DNA from: Candidatus Hodarchaeota archaeon
GTDB taxonomy: Archaea > Asgardarchaeota > Heimdallarchaeia > Hodarchaeales > Hodarchaeaceae
Length of the DNA: 18,839 nucleotides
Assembly: GCA_029856365.1 (NCBI GenBank)
Contig: JAHQWW010000074.1
Coordinates: forward strand, 1 to 18,839
Reading direction: 5' to 3'
Below are positions 16,080 to 18,839 of the stretch, piece by piece (the first letter of the stretch is position 1; each line of letters starts with the position of its first letter). Made by a program: the position numbers and the translations under genes. The notes beneath the pieces are model-generated. The model was not told the origin of the DNA, did not search any database, and saw only the letters and a list, made by a program, of their open reading frames with translations.

Positions 16080-16169
16080 TTCAAATCATTGAGTATTTTT
16101 GTATGAAAGATCTAATAATAAACTGCTAGATTTAGCAAATACATAGGGTTAATTGCAAGTGATTTTATT

Positions 16170-16682
16170 GTGAAGAATCAGAGAATTTTAAAGCAACTTA
16201 AAATGTGTGGTATTTCCAAAGGAGTATGGATTGATGCTGGATGTGGGAGAGGAACCTATACTCTCCCATTAGCGAAGTTAGCATCTCAGGTCATTGCAAT
16301 AGACAAAAATCCATATGATATTTCCTTCCTTAAAGCTAAACTCTCATCACCAGTCAATATAGTAGCTTTGGAAAAAGATTTCAATCAAGAACCTCTTTTC
16401 TATGATTTAGTTGATGGGGTATTATTCGGATTCTCATTGCATTATGAACACAGTCCAACTAAAGCATTACAAAACGCTTTCAATCAACTGAAATCCAATG
16501 GCATAATCATTATTTTTGAATATACCCATGAAAAACCACTACCTTGGGTACCGTATCCAGTTCCAAAATCATTATCAATTAATTTGCTTGAAAAAATCGG
16601 ATTTAGGGAAATAGAAACTATCTTACAAGATTCACGATTTTATATTATTCGTGGAAAAAAATCTTCAATATTACTTTCTTAA
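16170..16682 (+). CDS. Class I SAM-dependent methyltransferase
   Basis: Motif I WIDAGCGRG, VIAID, VDGVLFGFSLH and LKSNGIIIIFEY. Confidence 0.85.
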   Translation: MKNQRILKQLKMCGISKGVWIDAGCGRGTYTLPLAKLASQVIAIDKNPYDISFLKAKLSSPVNIVALEKDFNQEPLFYDLVDGVLFGFSLHYEHSPTKALQNAFNQLKSNGIIIIFEYTHEKPLPWVPYPVPKSLSINLLEKIGFREIETILQDSRFYIIRGKKSSILLS

Positions 16683-16683
16683 C

Positions 16684-17103
16684 TTACAATTTCATTGGCA
16701 TAACTGTAGCTTTACCGTCCACAACCAGTTCATTATCTTGATTTATACAAGTTGTCTTCAATATTACGCTTTCTTTTTCATCATCTTTATCTATCACTTC
16801 CACTGCTACAGTAATGGCATCTCCTATACGAATAGGCCTTTTAAAAATTATTTCTTGCTTTAGATATATACTGCCTGGTCCTGGAAGTTTACTTGCTAGT
16901 ACTGTTGAAATAAAGGCAGCAGAAAGCATTCCATGGGCTATCCGCCCTTGAAAGAATGTTTTCTTTGCGAATTCTTCGTCTAAATGAATTGGATTTCTGT
17001 CTCCACTAACTTCAGCAAATTTTTTTATATCGTCCTCGGTTACAGTTCTTACCAGTTCAGCTTTTTGGCCAATTTTTATCTCGGAATAACTTAAATTAAC
17101 CAT
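16684..17103 (-). CDS. MaoC-family dehydratase ((R)-specific enoyl-CoA hydratase, PhaJ-like hotdog fold)
   Basis: Hydratase-2 motif FAEVSGDRNPIHLD, plus RIAHGML, LPGPGSIY and FKRPIRIGD. Confidence 0.92.
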   Translation of the reverse strand: MVNLSYSEIKIGQKAELVRTVTEDDIKKFAEVSGDRNPIHLDEEFAKKTFFQGRIAHGMLSAAFISTVLASKLPGPGSIYLKQEIIFKRPIRIGDAITVAVEVIDKDDEKESVILKTTCINQDNELVVDGKATVMPMKL

Positions 17104-17149
17104 CTTATCATCTCAATTAAGACATAAGTAAGATAAATTGTTCTATGAG

Positions 17150-17178
17150 TATTATATAAAAAGAAAGGCTTATAGATT
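17150..17178. promoter_or_regulatory. Candidate divergent TATA boxes for the MaoC gene (-) and phosphorylase (+)
   Basis: TTTATATA on the minus strand about 50 nt upstream of the MaoC ATG, and purine-rich AAGAAAGG followed by CTTATA on the plus strand. The AT-rich background lowers specificity. Confidence 0.3.
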
Positions 17179-17260
17179 TCTACTTATATCATGGTATTCT
17201 TGACAATATTAACGCTGCAGAGTTGATTATTCTGACAGAATCCTGTTAATAGTGAGAAAA

Positions 17261-18640
17261 ATGGTTGAAATACCGAAACGGATCGAAAGGCTAAGTGAAC
17301 TTGCAGAAAATCTTACCTGGGTTTGGAATCCTAAAGCTCGTGAGCTTTTCAAGCGTCTGGATCACCCATTATGGGTTTACACCGATCATAATCCTGTTCG
17401 TATGATTCAAATAATGCCGCGTAAACGATTAGAGTCAGCTGCCCAAAATCCAGCTTTTCTTAAACATTATGACGGAGTAATGTTTGACTTCGACCGAGAC
17501 ATGGATTTTAAGGAAACATGGTTCTCAGAAAACTATCCAGATTTCAAAGGAGAGATGGCGTATATAAGCACTGAATATGGATTACATCAATCATTGCCAA
17601 TATACTCTGGTGGATTAGGAATTTTAAGCGGAGATCACATAAAAGAAAGCAGTGATCTGGGATTACCTCTTATAGGAGTAGGCTTTGTATATCCACAAGG
17701 CTATTTCAAGCAGCTCATGCCAAGAAATGGTTGGCAAGAGGCACATTATGAGTATATTAAATTTGAACAAACACCTATTAACCCTATTTTTGAGAATGAA
17801 CACGAACAATTGCATATTGAACTAAAATTCCCAAAATCCCTTTTTTTGCGAGTTTGGACCCTTAAGGTAGGAAGCACGCAATTATATTTAATGGACACAG
17901 ATATAGAAAAAAATAAACCCTGGGATCGAGGTCTTTCAGCCCGACTTTATGGAGGGGATCAAGAAATGCGAATACGCCAAGAAATTGTTCTTGGTTTCGG
18001 AGCTGTAAGAATTCTTTCTCATCTAGGTCATGATCCCAAGATTTATCATTGCAATGAAGGGCACACTTCTTTTGTGGCTTTCGAACTACTTAGAAGAGAA
18101 ATGACTGAAAATGGGAAAAATTTTGAAGAAGCGAAGCAAATTGTCCGTAATAAGATAATTTTCACTACCCACACACCTGTCCCTGCAGGACACGATCAAT
18201 TTTCCTTTGAATTAGTTTCAAAATACTTTCAAAATCTTTGGGAAAGTTTAGATATCAGTCGAGATGAATTTTTGGCCTTAGGTGCATTTGACTGGGGTTA
18301 TGGACAAGGCCCCAAATTTAACATGACTGCACTCGGTATTAGGTTGAGTCGATATCAAAATGCCGTGTCAAAACTCAATTGCGAGGTGAGCCGTAACATG
18401 TGGTCGGATCTTTTCTCCACAACAGAGTTTAAGGATCGCGATCCGATCCAAAATGTTACCAATGGCGTCCATATTCCCACATGGATTGGTATTCCATTTC
18501 AAACATTATATAAAAAGTATCTGGGGAAAAGTTGGTTGACTAAGCAAGATGATCCAGATTTTTGGGAACGAGTAGATGATATTCCAGATAAAGAACTTTG
18601 GGCTGCTAGAGAAGAATCAAGAGACCGGATGTTCGTATTT
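17261..18640 (+). CDS. glgP: Alpha-glucan (glycogen/maltodextrin) phosphorylase, N-terminal ~460 aa only; truncated by a sequence junction
   Basis: Hand translation from ATG 17261 gives MVEIPKRIERLSELAENLTWVWN...HNPV...AYISTEYGLHQSLPIYSGGLGILSGDHIKESSDLGLP...QGYF...RLYGGDQEMRIRQEIVLG...HCNEGH...FTTHTPVPAGHD...FNMT...VTNGVHIPTW...IPDKELW. The frame stays open to the window end, which explains its absence from the ORF track, but similarity stops near 18640. Confidence 0.93.
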
Positions 18641-18838
18641 TTCGCTGTAGGACTTCATATCTTCCCAGCCGTGGCCTTTGCTGAGCCCCTCGATATGAAT
18701 CTTCTCCGTTGGATACTTGCGGACAAGACCTTTCGATCCCTGCACGAGGAAGGCCCGGCTGTAAGGCCGCGGCAGGTTCGTGTCGTGCTTACAGATGATT
18801 GTCTTGCCCAGCTTTGTTTTTATCAGCGTGGTGTTGAC
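18617..18838 (-). other. Internal fragment of a GH109 / Gfo-Idh-MocA-family glycosidase gene (alpha-N-acetylgalactosaminidase-like), foreign composition
   Basis: Minus-strand translation VNTTLIKTKLGKTIICKHDTNLPRPYSRAFLVQGSKGLVRKYPTEKIHIEGLSKGHGWEDMKSYSEKYEHPVS*. The NTTLIKT..GKTI...HDT..PRPYSR...VQG.KG and YEHP motifs are recognisable from GH109. Hand-counted GC of 18641-18839 is about 54%. Confidence 0.75.
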
Positions 18839-18839
18839 G

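Noticed and set aside
18641-18839. Plus-frame continuation of the phosphorylase (AVGLHIFPAVAFAEP...) as a novel C-terminal domain
   Set aside because: It is the antisense reading of the GH109-like fragment, and base composition shifts at the same point.

Overview
AT-rich, gene-dense archaeal-looking window. GGTGA/GAGTGA-type ribosome-binding sites, T-tract terminators, surface proteins with a C-terminal TM helix plus basic tail and many N-glycosylation sequons, and a large SNAP/TPR-like solenoid suggest an Asgard archaeon such as Heimdallarchaeia; this taxonomy is inference. Gene order: partial NosD/beta-helix surface protein; amidohydrolase; 993-aa carboxylate-amine ligase (GCS2/amidoligase fold) with Lys/Pro linker and beta-rich C-terminal half; Cdc48/VAT-N-domain + vWA fusion with no ATPase; secreted GIFT/DUF4350-like + metallophosphoesterase; small TOPRIM protein; tdh; 99-aa protein with a MinD-like membrane-targeting tail; 1160-aa alpha-solenoid; GPH-family MFS transporter; SAM methyltransferase; MaoC dehydratase; alpha-glucan phosphorylase (absent from the ORF track). 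The phosphorylase is cut at about 18,640 by a roughly 54% GC fragment of a GH109-like gene on the minus strand, probably a chimeric join. The most interesting candidate system is the amidohydrolase / amide ligase / Cdc48N-vWA trio (922-6680), which could be an eraser / writer / reader module for protein tagging, analogous to pupylation or ubiquitin. No rRNA, tRNA, CRISPR array or mobile element was recognised.
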